A DNA stretch of 61,126 nt, the filler included. It is 8 parts of 8 records of this genome, joined end to end, with 100 filler letters (N's around TTAATTAATTAA, not from the genome) between each part and the next. Parts side by side here need not be neighbours in the genome. Positions count along the whole stretch, not along the records: positions 11,986 to 21,538 come from SRR31147125_16141; positions 21,639 to 28,024 come from SRR31147125_16143; positions 28,125 to 33,352 come from SRR31147125_16170; 5 more parts are not named here. The stretch is one strand, 5' to 3'. The stretch's first letter is position 1. Every line of letters begins with the position of its first letter. Under the pieces are notes generated by a model. The model did not search any database and was not told the origin of the DNA. It saw nothing but the letters and a program-made list of their open reading frames with translations. The position numbers were made by a program, and so were the translations under genes. Of the stretch, positions 19,844-29,810 are shown piece by piece.

Positions 19844-21538
19844 TTATTCCACCGTCACAGATTTGGCCAGATTGCGGGGCTGGTCCACATCCCGTCCAGC
19901 TCCAGCGCGCAGTAGAAAGCAAACAGCTGGGTAGGTACCACCATGAGAAATGGATACATGATATCCTCGGCATGCGGGATAAAGATCACATCATCGGCAA
20001 TCGCTTCTATTTCCTTATCTCCCTCAACGGCAACAGCTATCAATTTACCCTTCCGTGCCTTAACCTCTTTCATGTTCGTGATAACCTTGTCCTGAGTGCA
20101 TCGTCAGGAACCAGAAAAAAGCTGGGAGTAGTTTCATTTATAAGCGCAATCGGCCCGTGCTTTATCTCTGCCGCGCTGTATCCCTCGGCATGAATATAGG
20201 AAATTTCTTTCAGCTTCAAGGCCCCTTCCATGGCTACCGGGTAGTTCAGGCCGCGACCCAAAAACAAGAAGTTACTATATTTGTGATATATTCCAGCCAA
20301 CTCAGCAATCCTGGGTGCTGTTTCAAGAATCTTCTCAATTTGAGCAGGCAGTGCTTCCAGAGCACTGATAAACTCCAAACCATCCTCAATAGAAAGGTGA
20401 CGCATTCGCGCCAGACTAAGCGCCAGAATATAGAGTACGGTTAATTGTGATGTAAAGGCTTTCGTGGAAGCGACCGCAATTTCCGGACCCGAATGAAGAT
20501 AGACACCGCCGTCCGACTCCCTCGCTATAGTTGAACCAACAACATTGCAGAGACCCATGACCCGACCGCCCTTACGTTGGATTTCCCGCATGGCATAGAG
20601 CGAATCCGCTGTCTCTCCCGATTGGGATACAACAAAATAGAGGGTATCAGGCAGCACAACCGGATTTTTATACCGCAGTTCAGAAGAGAGCTCGGCATGA
20701 GCTGGAATCCTGGCGATACTTTCAATCAAATACGCACCGATCATTCCCGCGTGCCACGATGTGCCGGCTGCTATCACAATCACCCGGTTTACACCCAGCA
20801 GATCGCGCGGCTGCATATTCAGTCCGCCTAGATGACCGGTTGCCGAATCCCTGTTCAATCGTCCGCGGTAAGCCCGCTGAATAGATTCCACCTGTTCGTA
20901 TATCTCTTTCTGCATAAAATGGGTAAAGCCTTTCTTCTCAATCTGCTCCAGTTCCCACCCTATCTGCTCTACATGTTTCTGTATCAGTTTGTCATTAATA
21001 TCAAAGGTTCGGTAGCCATCCTTGGTCAGTGAGACAATCTCGCCGTCATTCAGGTATACGGCATCTTTTGTATACGCAAGGATTGCGGTAACATCTGAGG
21101 CCAGAAACATCTCGCCATCTCCCACTCCCAGAACCAGCGGAGAACCGTTTCTCGCGCCCACAATCTTGCCCGGTTCCGCGGTATGAACCACCGCAATTCC
21201 GTAGGTTCCCTTCAAAAGCGGAATCACTTCACGTACGGTATCTTCCAGATTTCCGCTGTAGTGTTTATCAATTAAGTAGGCTATTACTTCAGAATCGGTT
21301 TCGGTATGAAACGTGCTGCCGTCTTCTTCCAGTTCTCTGCGCAGATCCATGAAGTTTTCCACAATACCATTGTGTACAATAACGACATTTCCATACTCGC
21401 TGGCGTGCGGATGCGCATTCAGATCATTTACTTCGCCGTGTGTTGCCCAGCGGGTATGACCTATACCAAAAGCCCCCTGTACGGATTCATCCACAATTTC
21501 ACGCAAATTCCTGATCTTTCCGCGCTTTTTTATCAACG
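19844..21538 (-). CDS. glmS: glutamine-fructose-6-phosphate aminotransferase, 5'-partial, two 1-nt deletions (~20091, ~19896)
   Basis: GHTRWATHG, HNGIVEN, SQSGETAD, VASTKAF, EGALKLKEISY; C-terminal DVDQPRNLAKSVTVE restored by frame correction. Confidence 0.95.
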
Positions 21539-21638
21539 NNNNNNNNNNNNNNNNNNNNNNNNNNNNNNNNNNNNNNNNNNNNTTAATTAATTAANNNNNN
21601 NNNNNNNNNNNNNNNNNNNNNNNNNNNNNNNNNNNNNN
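21539..21638. other. artificial contig spacer
   Basis: N44-TTAATTAATTAA-N44. Confidence 0.97.
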
Positions 21639-21799
21639 TTTTTTTGTGCATTTCGTGTGTTTCGTGGTTTGTTTTGGGGAGAATTCCTGCGACATTAGCT
21701 TAATCTACGGTTCAGAAAAAAATATCCCATATATGCCATTGAAACGAATCACTTTGCACCTGAAGTAAGGATATTTTATTTTTATTTCGATTAACTTGA

Positions 21800-21891
21800 A
21801 ACCTCCCGGAGGTGGGAGATAACATTTCGTTACTTATCAATACTTTTAGAGTTTCCTCAAAATAGATAGCCGGAACCACCTCCGGGAGGTT
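21800..21891. repeat. REP-like inverted doublet (REPIN-like)
   Basis: Perfect 16-bp inverted repeat AACCTCCCGGAGGTGG / CCACCTCCGGGAGGTT 60 bp apart, each arm internally palindromic. Confidence 0.65.
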
Positions 21892-22149
21892 GGCTCCGCT
21901 TAATGTGTACCAAAACTGGTCGAAAACTGACCGCTTTTCATATGCTTAACTGGTAATGTTTTTTAGCATATTTAATCCTGCCCATTGCAATCAAAGTAAA
22001 AAAGTCTTATTTTAAATATGCTCAATTGCCGTTAAATCGATTGTTTACATGCTTGATGCTTTGGAGCATTGCACATTCCCTCAACATCGCTACCCAGATT
22101 GAGCAATGCGGATTTACGAATTTCCAGCTTTTAATCATACAGGATCATT

Positions 22150-22917
22150 ATGATAAAACTCGATCAAAACAAAAAAATAGGCCTGGCCCTGGGTGGTGGT
22201 GCCGTCCTTGGTGCAGCACATATAGGCATTCTCAAAGCGCTTGACGAATTAAATATCCCGATCAGCTATGTTGCAGGAACGAGTATCGGCGCTTTTGTCG
22301 CGTCACTATATGCCTTTGGTAAAAACTGGCAAGAAATGAAACAAATATCCGGTGACATAAACTGGCTGGATGTGTCCAGTTTAACACTGTCCCAATATGC
22401 CTTGCTTTCTAATAAAAAAATGGGCGAATTTATCAAAGAAACAATTGGCGACGTTAAATTTAATCATGCAGATATCCCATTAGCTGTGATGACCACAGAT
22501 ATCAGCACCGGTGAGAAAGTTGTTTTAAACAAAGGAAGTGTCGCACAATCTGTTATGGCCAGTACCTGTATTCCAGGTGTTTTCAAGCCGGTCAATATCG
22601 ACAACCGACAACTGGTTGATGGGGGAATCGTCGAAAATGTGCCTATTTCACCTCTCCTGGAGATGGGTGCTGATATCATCATCGCTGTCGATTTACTCGG
22701 TAATCCCCTGTATAAAAAACCGGAGCACATTATTGGCGTTCTGATCAATTCTTTTTATATCTTTATGATGAACGTCACAAAAATGCAAACAGAAAAAGCA
22801 GATGTTGTTTTGGCGCCGGATCTTTCAAAATACAATTTAATTGACACGCATCAGGTACCGGAATTAATACAAATAGGCTATCTGGAAGCAAAAAAAGTAT
22901 TACAAAAACTCTTATAA
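22150..22917 (+). CDS. patatin-like phospholipase (RssA/NTE-like)
   Basis: GGGAVLG, GTSIG, DGG motifs. Confidence 0.92.
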   Translation: MIKLDQNKKIGLALGGGAVLGAAHIGILKALDELNIPISYVAGTSIGAFVASLYAFGKNWQEMKQISGDINWLDVSSLTLSQYALLSNKKMGEFIKETIGDVKFNHADIPLAVMTTDISTGEKVVLNKGSVAQSVMASTCIPGVFKPVNIDNRQLVDGGIVENVPISPLLEMGADIIIAVDLLGNPLYKKPEHIIGVLINSFYIFMMNVTKMQTEKADVVLAPDLSKYNLIDTHQVPELIQIGYLEAKKVLQKLL

Positions 22918-23239
22918 TGATGTTTTCTTGTGATTATAATAGTTATCTAAAAAAAAAGCCGTTTTTTCCTGTCATTTATTTATGGCGTTAACTTTTTTTC
23001 AGCCAATATCCAATAAAGAGTATATTTAATTGCCTGAAAAAGTGGGTTAATATTATCAAATATTTCTTGCAATTTCTTTTTTGATTTCATACCATTAACT
23101 AATTGAAAAAAATATAAATAGAACCTGAAATCAGATTACGGTTCTTTATTAAACATGATGTTCTTTCATTAACAAAGCTCTCTGTGCTTTTTATTATTTC
23201 ACTGTTGAATTTTAACCATCTCAACCTAATAGAGGAAGC

Positions 23240-24225
23240 ATGACATCACGAGAAATTGTTCAACACACACTGGATTATACCCACCCTGAACGAGTTGCCA
23301 GATCGTTTGCTGATTCCGATTTTTTTGAAACATGCTGCACAGCTAAAACACATGCAACAGAGTGGCAGCAAACAAGTGAGAATAAATGGTTTCGTTTTGA
23401 TGAATGGGGAAACACATGGTCCCGACTCGAGCCCACATCAAAAGGAGAAGTCATCAAAGGCGCTTTAGAGGATATTTCTGCACTGGATTCCTATGAATTT
23501 CCTGATTATTCGCGACCTGAGGATTATGATGTTGTCAGAGATGTGCGGGAAAAGAATCCTGATAAATGGTTAATAGGAGAGATGCCGGGATTTGCCTTTA
23601 ACATCGCCCGAAAAATGCGCAAACTGGATCAGTATCTTACGGATTTATTGCTTGAAAAAGAACGAATGCATGAATTACATGATCGTATTGACCTTATGCT
23701 TGAAGATATGATCCGAAATTATGCTGTCGCTGACGTGGACAGTATTATGTTTCCTGAAGACTGGGGTACTCAAACCCAGACAATGATTCATCCTGACTTG
23801 TGGTACGACGAATTTTATCCCCGTTTTCAAAAGCTGTGCCGTTTTGCTCATGATTTTGGCATCAATGTTTTTATGCATTCCTGCGGCAAGATCGAAGCCA
23901 TCGTTCCCGGATTGATGAGAGCCGGCATTGACCTGTTACAATTCGACCAGCCCGATCTGCACGGCATCGATATTCTCGCATCACATCAAAAAAAGGAAAA
24001 ATTACCTTCTGGTGTCCAGTGGATATTCAAAAAACACTTCAATGTAAAAATGAAACTGTAATCCGCGCCAAGGTCAGAGAGATGCTGGATACATTATGGC
24101 AAGGACGAGGAGGTTTTGTGGCCGGATTTTATCCGGACAATGTTTCAATCGGTCTGGAGCCCATATGGCAGGACATTGCCAGTGACGAGTTTGATAAATA
24201 CGGTAAACAAGTAAATTTTAGATAA
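23240..24225 (+). CDS. uroporphyrinogen decarboxylase (UroD/MtaA-like) family protein, frameshift in A7 run ~23988-23994
   Basis: DEWG, EDWGTQ, HSCG; adding one A yields KGKITFWCPVDIQKTL continuing into ORF 24019-24225. Confidence 0.82.
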
Positions 24226-24249
24226 TACCAGTAAAAGTGGAGAGTTAAA

Positions 24250-25500
24250 ATGGCACATGACAAAAATCGACGTCAATTCCTGAAAACAACCGCTATTGGT
24301 GCAGCAGGACTGGCAGCAACAACAGCTTTGCCGAAACGAGTTATGGGCGCAAACGAGCGGATTCGTATTGGAGTGATTGGCTGTGGAAATCGTGGTGTAG
24401 GAAGTTTAATGGCAGGTGCCCTTCGCCTGGCAAAGGCACAAAATGTTGAAATAGCTGCCTTGTGTGATGTATGGAAGGTTAATCTGGATAAAGCCAAAGC
24501 AACACTCGCAGAACATCAATCGGCCACACCCAAAACATACTCTAAATATAAAGATCTGCTGGCTCAGAAAGATATTGACGCGGTTTTTATTGCCACGCCT
24601 GACTTTGCCCACGCCCCAATACTTGTGGATGCCATTAAAGCGAAAAAAGATGTGTATGTTGAAAAACAGATGGCCACTCAGTTTGACCTGGCCAAAGAAG
24701 CACTTGCTCTCACCAAAAAGAACAAGGTTATCGTTCAGGTAGGCACACAGCTTCGCAGCTATAAACAATTCAAATTAGGGCATGACCTGATCCAATCCGG
24801 GATATTGGGCAAGATCACCCATGTGGAAACAAACTATCACCACAATTACGCTCACTGGGCCAGGGATTATAGTGATGTACGCAAGGAGGATGTTGATTGG
24901 GAACAGTACCTCATGTATTTACCCAAGGAGCCTTTTAATGCGGAACGCTTTCGTCGCTGGCATCTATTCGATGACTTTAGCTGCGGTACTGTTGGTCTGC
25001 TGGGAAGTCACTATATTGACATGGCCACCTGGTATATGAATGATTTATTACCAGCCTCTGCCGTTGCAAACGGCGGTGTTTTTATCTGGAAGGATGGACG
25101 TAATATTGCAGATACACAATCATGCGCCATTAACTATCCCAGCGAATATATGGTGACGTTCTGCTGCCGCTTTGCCAATAAATTTCCAGTTCCCCAAATG
25201 CGTTTTTATGGCAGTAAAGGCACTTTTGATAACCAGTCCTGGACAGCAACCGGGGATGGTGGTGGTAAAGATGCTCTTGAGATTCACAGTGTCGTGCCAT
25301 CTCAGAAAAAAGAGGGCTATAACGAAGATGATAGCCATATACAAAACTGGATTGAATGTATACGGTCACGACAAACCCCCATGGCGCCAATTGAAGCAGG
25401 TTATGCGCATTCGGTCACAGCCATTATGTGCTTTCAGGCTTTGAAAACGGGTAAACGTCATATTTACGATGCCGAAAAAATGGAGATAAGGGAGGGATAA
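24250..25500 (+). CDS. Gfo/Idh/MocA oxidoreductase with Tat signal
   Basis: NRRQFLK; IGVIGCGNRG; ATPDFAH; YVEK. Confidence 0.92.
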   Translation: MAHDKNRRQFLKTTAIGAAGLAATTALPKRVMGANERIRIGVIGCGNRGVGSLMAGALRLAKAQNVEIAALCDVWKVNLDKAKATLAEHQSATPKTYSKYKDLLAQKDIDAVFIATPDFAHAPILVDAIKAKKDVYVEKQMATQFDLAKEALALTKKNKVIVQVGTQLRSYKQFKLGHDLIQSGILGKITHVETNYHHNYAHWARDYSDVRKEDVDWEQYLMYLPKEPFNAERFRRWHLFDDFSCGTVGLLGSHYIDMATWYMNDLLPASAVANGGVFIWKDGRNIADTQSCAINYPSEYMVTFCCRFANKFPVPQMRFYGSKGTFDNQSWTATGDGGGKDALEIHSVVPSQKKEGYNEDDSHIQNWIECIRSRQTPMAPIEAGYAHSVTAIMCFQALKTGKRHIYDAEKMEIREG

Positions 25501-25501
25501 T

Positions 25502-26716
25502 ATGGGCTTCAGACGTCTGATTCTGTTATCCTTACTTTGTTTCCTAATGGCCGGGTGCAGTAAAAGCAAACGTAAGATAGAAATAACATTACCTGCGGAA
25601 AAGCTATCTGTAGCAATTCCTATAGAAATTGCCAATCCTGCTATGCCTGACAATGAAAAAGTAGTGCAGGCAGGCATGGTGAATGGTAAGAACAGACCAT
25701 TCCTGCTGCAAAATGCACCCGCTCTGTGGAGTTCAAAAAACAGCATGGAAATGGATCGTTGTTATTGCACCATATTACCGGCACATGCTGAATCAGGACA
25801 ATACGTGATCAACAAAACCTCTGAATCTGATGCTTTTTCCTTTAAAGAGGATACAAGCGCTGGCAGGTTATATTTATATGAAGGTGACAAACCTGTTTTT
25901 GCCTACAATTTTAAAGAGCAAAAAGCACCTGAGGGAACAGATGGATCCTATAATCGTTCGTCTTATTTTCATCCTATTTACGATTTGAATGGCACCATTT
26001 TAACAGACGACTTTCCACACGGCGAGGCACACCATCGCGGCATGTGGTGTTCATGGGCTTTTGCCTATATTGATGGCAAAAGCTATGAACCGTGGTGGAA
26101 ATTTAAAATCTTTAATACCGAATTTGATAACTGGATTGTTAAGGAAACAGGACCTGTTTGCGCTACCCTGGGTGTCAAAAACGCCTGGCACATTGTTGGC
26201 GAACGTAAAGTAATGGATGAATGGATCTGGGTAAGAGTATTTAAAGCTGATTCATACGGACGTATCATTGATGTTAACTTGACCTATAACGCTCTGGAGC
26301 CCATGGACATCCAGGGGAGACCACCCAAAAAGTGGTATACAGGATTCAGTTTTCGTTTTGGACCAAGAGAGGAAACGATTATTACCACCCCGGATGGGAT
26401 AGAAGAAGGGGATAGCAATCTGAAAAAATTCGCCTGGGCTGATCTTTCCGCGCGTTTTGCTGACAGTCAAAATATGTCTGGCATGAGTATCTTTCAGCAT
26501 CCGGAAAATCCGGATGTTCCGGCAGGATGGACGCTACGCCATTACGGATTCCTGGGTGTTGCATGGCCCGGACCGGAAAAATATCATTTTGAACCAGGCC
26601 AACCATTGACATTACGGTATCGACTCTGGATTCATAACGGTGACGCTAGAGATGGCAAGGTAATCGATGCCTATAATATATTTGTGGAACCACCGGAAAT
26701 TGAGGCTGTGGAATAG
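25502..26716 (+). CDS. lipoprotein of the so-called PmoA-like/DUF6807 family
   Basis: LMAGC lipobox; RSSYFHPIY, DDFP..HHRG.W, LTLRYRLWIHNG. Confidence 0.7.
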   Translation: MGFRRLILLSLLCFLMAGCSKSKRKIEITLPAEKLSVAIPIEIANPAMPDNEKVVQAGMVNGKNRPFLLQNAPALWSSKNSMEMDRCYCTILPAHAESGQYVINKTSESDAFSFKEDTSAGRLYLYEGDKPVFAYNFKEQKAPEGTDGSYNRSSYFHPIYDLNGTILTDDFPHGEAHHRGMWCSWAFAYIDGKSYEPWWKFKIFNTEFDNWIVKETGPVCATLGVKNAWHIVGERKVMDEWIWVRVFKADSYGRIIDVNLTYNALEPMDIQGRPPKKWYTGFSFRFGPREETIITTPDGIEEGDSNLKKFAWADLSARFADSQNMSGMSIFQHPENPDVPAGWTLRHYGFLGVAWPGPEKYHFEPGQPLTLRYRLWIHNGDARDGKVIDAYNIFVEPPEIEAVE

Positions 26717-26839
26717 AAATTGATTTAAACAAAAATTTAAATATCATATACATACTTCACTGAATGATTCTAAACTCATTTATGGAATCATTCAATTTCA
26801 TTTAAAACTATAAATTAACAATCTTTTTTGACGGAGAAA

Positions 26840-27331
26840 ATGATGCTCAAAAAGTGTTCTATGTCAGTTCTGTTCGTTTTATTCCTATTGTTTTTCACAA
26901 TACCTCTAATTGCACAAAACGATCCGATTCAGATCGCTTTAGTAACGCCTGTACAACTTGTTCCTGAGGATAATTCTGTATCCGGAATACGCCTCAACCT
27001 GATATATGGGCGTAATACCGCTGTTTCAGGCCTGGATTTGGGCCTGATCAACCATACCACCTCTGGTGTTTCCGAAGGAGTCCAGTTTGGAATTGTGGGA
27101 CTGGTGGAATCTGATTTCAGAGGTTGGCAAGACAATTCTGTGAATATCACAAGAGGGGATTTTGAAGGATTCCAGTGGGGATTTTACAACTATGCCAAAT
27201 ATGTTAATGGGTTTCAGCTTGGAATCGTTAATTACGCCGGAAGCATGAGGGGTCTGCAAATTGGGCTTGTAAATATAATCAAAAAAGGTGGTTCTTTTCC
27301 ATTTTTTCCGATCATAAATTGGTCGTTCTAG
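26840..27331 (+). CDS. secreted repeat protein (LA_2272-like)
   Basis: Signal peptide; repeated G(V/F/L)Q(F/W/L/I)G..N units; C-terminal FFPIINWSF. Confidence 0.7.
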   Translation: MMLKKCSMSVLFVLFLLFFTIPLIAQNDPIQIALVTPVQLVPEDNSVSGIRLNLIYGRNTAVSGLDLGLINHTTSGVSEGVQFGIVGLVESDFRGWQDNSVNITRGDFEGFQWGFYNYAKYVNGFQLGIVNYAGSMRGLQIGLVNIIKKGGSFPFFPIINWSF

Positions 27332-27350
27332 CTGTTGTTATATTTGTTAG

Positions 27351-27385
27351 AGTGTTGGTATTTCTTTATATGGAATGCCAGCACT
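27351..27385. terminator. hairpin, possible terminator
   Basis: AGTGTTGGTATTTC / GGAATGCCAGCACT stem with G-U pairs 20 nt after stop; no clear U-tract. Confidence 0.4.
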
Positions 27386-28024
27386 AAAATTAGATACTTT
27401 TGATGCTAACAAAATTGTTTAAAGATTATTATTTCATACATAAAATAATTTGGCTAAAAAATGCATTAAAATCAACGGTCGCTCCTGGGGAATGAAATAA
27501 ATCCAATAATCATTGCAGGTGATATGCAATATATCGTCGCCTGGTTCACCTACAATGTGCTATATAATCCTATATATCTCTGGCCATTGATACCTGTTAA
27601 TGATATTTTAAACTATTTTTATATTGAGATAAAAAGAGATTTGCAAATTTATCTATTTGGCATTTTTTTATCCTGTATTTAACGGCTATGTACAGAGCCC
27701 AGCTTGCGGCCCAATTGTATATCCAGGAGGAGCTTTCGTTTTGGGATGCACACAAACGGTCAGGTTATGAGCTACGGTTAATGTTGAGTGGTCTACCGAT
27801 TATTGGCAAATATTTTGAGCCTAAAGATGAATAAACAACCCTTTTTAAATTTTATTTGCCTGGATCAGGACAGGAAAACTTTTGTAGCAATACTCGTTTT
27901 TCTCACGTGATGGTCAGGCATTTGAACATATGAAATATTTACATTTTTTGCGAATGTGTATTATTTGTTGCATTATATAAAACATTTCTGTTAATTATAA
28001 TACTTTTCGTTTAAATGGATTTTT

Positions 28025-28124
28025 NNNNNNNNNNNNNNNNNNNNNNNNNNNNNNNNNNNNNNNNNNNNTTAATTAATTAANNNNNNNNNNNNNNNNNNNN
28101 NNNNNNNNNNNNNNNNNNNNNNNN
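28025..28124. other. artificial contig spacer
   Basis: N44-TTAATTAATTAA-N44. Confidence 0.97.
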
Positions 28125-28263
28125 GCTGTGTGAAAATAAAGATATTTATTGCCGTGTGAGGTAAATGCTTTTTATATCAAGGAATTGTGAGGCTTTTAGC
28201 CTCGCAATTCCTTGACCTGTTCAGTCCCATAACGGCAATGAATAAGATGTATTTTCACACAGC
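28125..28263. mobile_element. MITE-like element with nested inverted repeats
   Basis: 14-bp perfect terminal IR GCTGTGTGAAAATA; inner ATTGCCGT/ACGGCAAT and an 18-bp stem 28177-28215; sits at contig end. Confidence 0.65.
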
Positions 28264-28269
28264 CTGTAA

Positions 28270-28310
28270 AGACCGGGGCTGTATTAAATGAATCAATACA
28301 GCCCCGGTCT
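28270..28310. terminator. strong hairpin, probable terminator
   Basis: Perfect 16-bp stem AGACCGGGGCTGTATT / AATACAGCCCCGGTCT downstream of the minus-strand gene. Confidence 0.65.
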
Positions 28311-28344
28311 CTTATTTATAGCCAACTGCCAACTGAAGACTACA

Positions 28345-28815
28345 CTAATTCTTCAACTCCTCCTGCAACAAATCCCGAATTTCCATAAAATTGGTTTCCA
28401 GTTTTAGCATATTTTCAATGTAAAAATTATAAATGTTGGGCCATTGGTTTTGGCGGTGTAAATCAACATTATCCAGTTGTGTGTAAATTCTGCAAATCTC
28501 TTTAGCACTATCTTCGCGTTCGTGAAAGAACTCCCAAATAAGTCCATCTTCAAAACCTTCTTCCAAAACAACTTTGTAGTTTTCAAGAAATTCGTAAGCT
28601 TTTAAACGCGTATTTTCACTTCTATTACCAAGTTCGAGAATAACCTTCGCATTTTTTCTGCTTATTTCAAAACGCAAGGCAACATCCTTAATTTTTGTGC
28701 GGTGCAGTACCCATTTCCTCTTTCTATATTGTAATTCAGGATGAACTTCACAACGTTTCCCAAATTTTTCCCAGAACGTTAGTTTTAACTTTTTCGCTTC
28801 TTCTTTTGAATACAT
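28345..28815 (-). CDS. DUF4268 domain protein
   Basis: MYSKEEAKKLK..FWEKF, W...TKIKDVALRF pattern of Bacteroidota DUF4268. Confidence 0.75.
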   Translation of the reverse strand: MYSKEEAKKLKLTFWEKFGKRCEVHPELQYRKRKWVLHRTKIKDVALRFEISRKNAKVILELGNRSENTRLKAYEFLENYKVVLEEGFEDGLIWEFFHEREDSAKEICRIYTQLDNVDLHRQNQWPNIYNFYIENMLKLETNFMEIRDLLQEELKN

Positions 28816-28840
28816 TCGGCAAAGTTAAACGATTTAATTT

Positions 28841-28848
28841 TACATTTG
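28841..28848 (+). promoter_or_regulatory. Bacteroidota -7 promoter element
   Basis: TACATTTG matches TAnnTTTG. Confidence 0.55.
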
Positions 28849-28872
28849 AGTTTGTGAAAAATGAGAATTGGC

Positions 28873-29760
28873 ATGACTAGAAAATTTTTAATAATCCTGA
28901 CCGCTTTTGTTTTTAGTGTTTGTAATGTGGTAAAAGCCCAGTTTGTAGAAGTGCAAGCCGATTATAATTCAATAGGCGACTGTATTTTTACTGCCTACAA
29001 CAATGCAGAGGCACCTTTATACCTTGAAATTAAATTTTCCGATTTACAGAATACTTCGTTTACCGAATCCCAACCTTTTGTAAAACGTTTAATTCCGGGG
29101 TTTAACGACTTATTTACTCTTCAACGCGATTTAGATGCGGATGTGCCCGATTTTCATTACGATATGAAAATATTTCGTTCGGATCCGATTGCAAAGGTAA
29201 ATCTCGATTTTCCATATTTAATTCCTTTTCAACCCGGGGAAAAAATATATTCAATTGATGTGAAAAGTTTAAATGGATTTTGGGGCAATAAAGAACCTGA
29301 GTCGTGGTCGGCAACCGGTTTTGTTGCAAATGCAGGAGAAGCTGTTTTTGCCAGCCGGAGTGGGGTAGTGGTTGAGATTGTTGGAGCAGAAAGGTTGAGC
29401 GAGCCGAAAAGCTGGTACAATACATGGACTAACTCAATAACTCTTTTACAGGCCGACGGAACGCTGGCATGTTACCATAATGTGGTTGATAAAAGTAAAA
29501 CCTTAAAAGTAGGAGAGAAAGTTTATGCCGGCCGGCAAATCGGGAATATTGCAGCAAATGCCAACAGTTTAACTTTACTTTTTTATCACGAGTCGCTACA
29601 TTCAGATGGATTACTTTTTGTAATTCCTCAGTTTGTTATTGCAGAAGATGAAACTGCAATTGTTAATTCGAGTGAAGAATATTCGGTAACTCATCCTACA
29701 AAAGTTCGCGGATTGGAAATGACCAAAAAAGAACGAAAAAAGATTCTTGGTAAAAAATAA
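28873..29760 (+). CDS. secreted M23-peptidase-like protein with degenerate catalytic motifs
   Basis: Signal peptide; GEAVFASRSGVV, DGT..CYH, LKVGEKVYAGRQIG. Confidence 0.65.
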   Translation: MTRKFLIILTAFVFSVCNVVKAQFVEVQADYNSIGDCIFTAYNNAEAPLYLEIKFSDLQNTSFTESQPFVKRLIPGFNDLFTLQRDLDADVPDFHYDMKIFRSDPIAKVNLDFPYLIPFQPGEKIYSIDVKSLNGFWGNKEPESWSATGFVANAGEAVFASRSGVVVEIVGAERLSEPKSWYNTWTNSITLLQADGTLACYHNVVDKSKTLKVGEKVYAGRQIGNIAANANSLTLLFYHESLHSDGLLFVIPQFVIAEDETAIVNSSEEYSVTHPTKVRGLEMTKKERKKILGKK

Positions 29761-29788
29761 AAGCCACCCAAAAAATGGATGGCTTTTT
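29759..29788. terminator. bidirectional terminator
   Basis: AAAAGCCA...TGGCTTTTT between convergent genes. Confidence 0.65.
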
Positions 29789-29810
29789 ATAATATCTCGA
29801 AAGTAGTTAA

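Noticed and set aside
19844-21538. glmS, modB and btu genes as pseudogenes or programmed frameshifts
   Set aside because: Single missing bases in short homopolymers in otherwise intact, partly essential genes across unrelated contigs point to sequencing error.
25502-26716. Particulate methane monooxygenase subunit
   Set aside because: Soluble lipoprotein beside a Gfo/Idh/MocA gene with no TM helices and no pmoB/pmoC; the PmoA-like family label is misleading.
27400-28024. ORF-poor tail of contig 3, including a 52-codon hydrophobic ORF near 27524
   Set aside because: No recognisable motif or RNA signature; cannot be supported.
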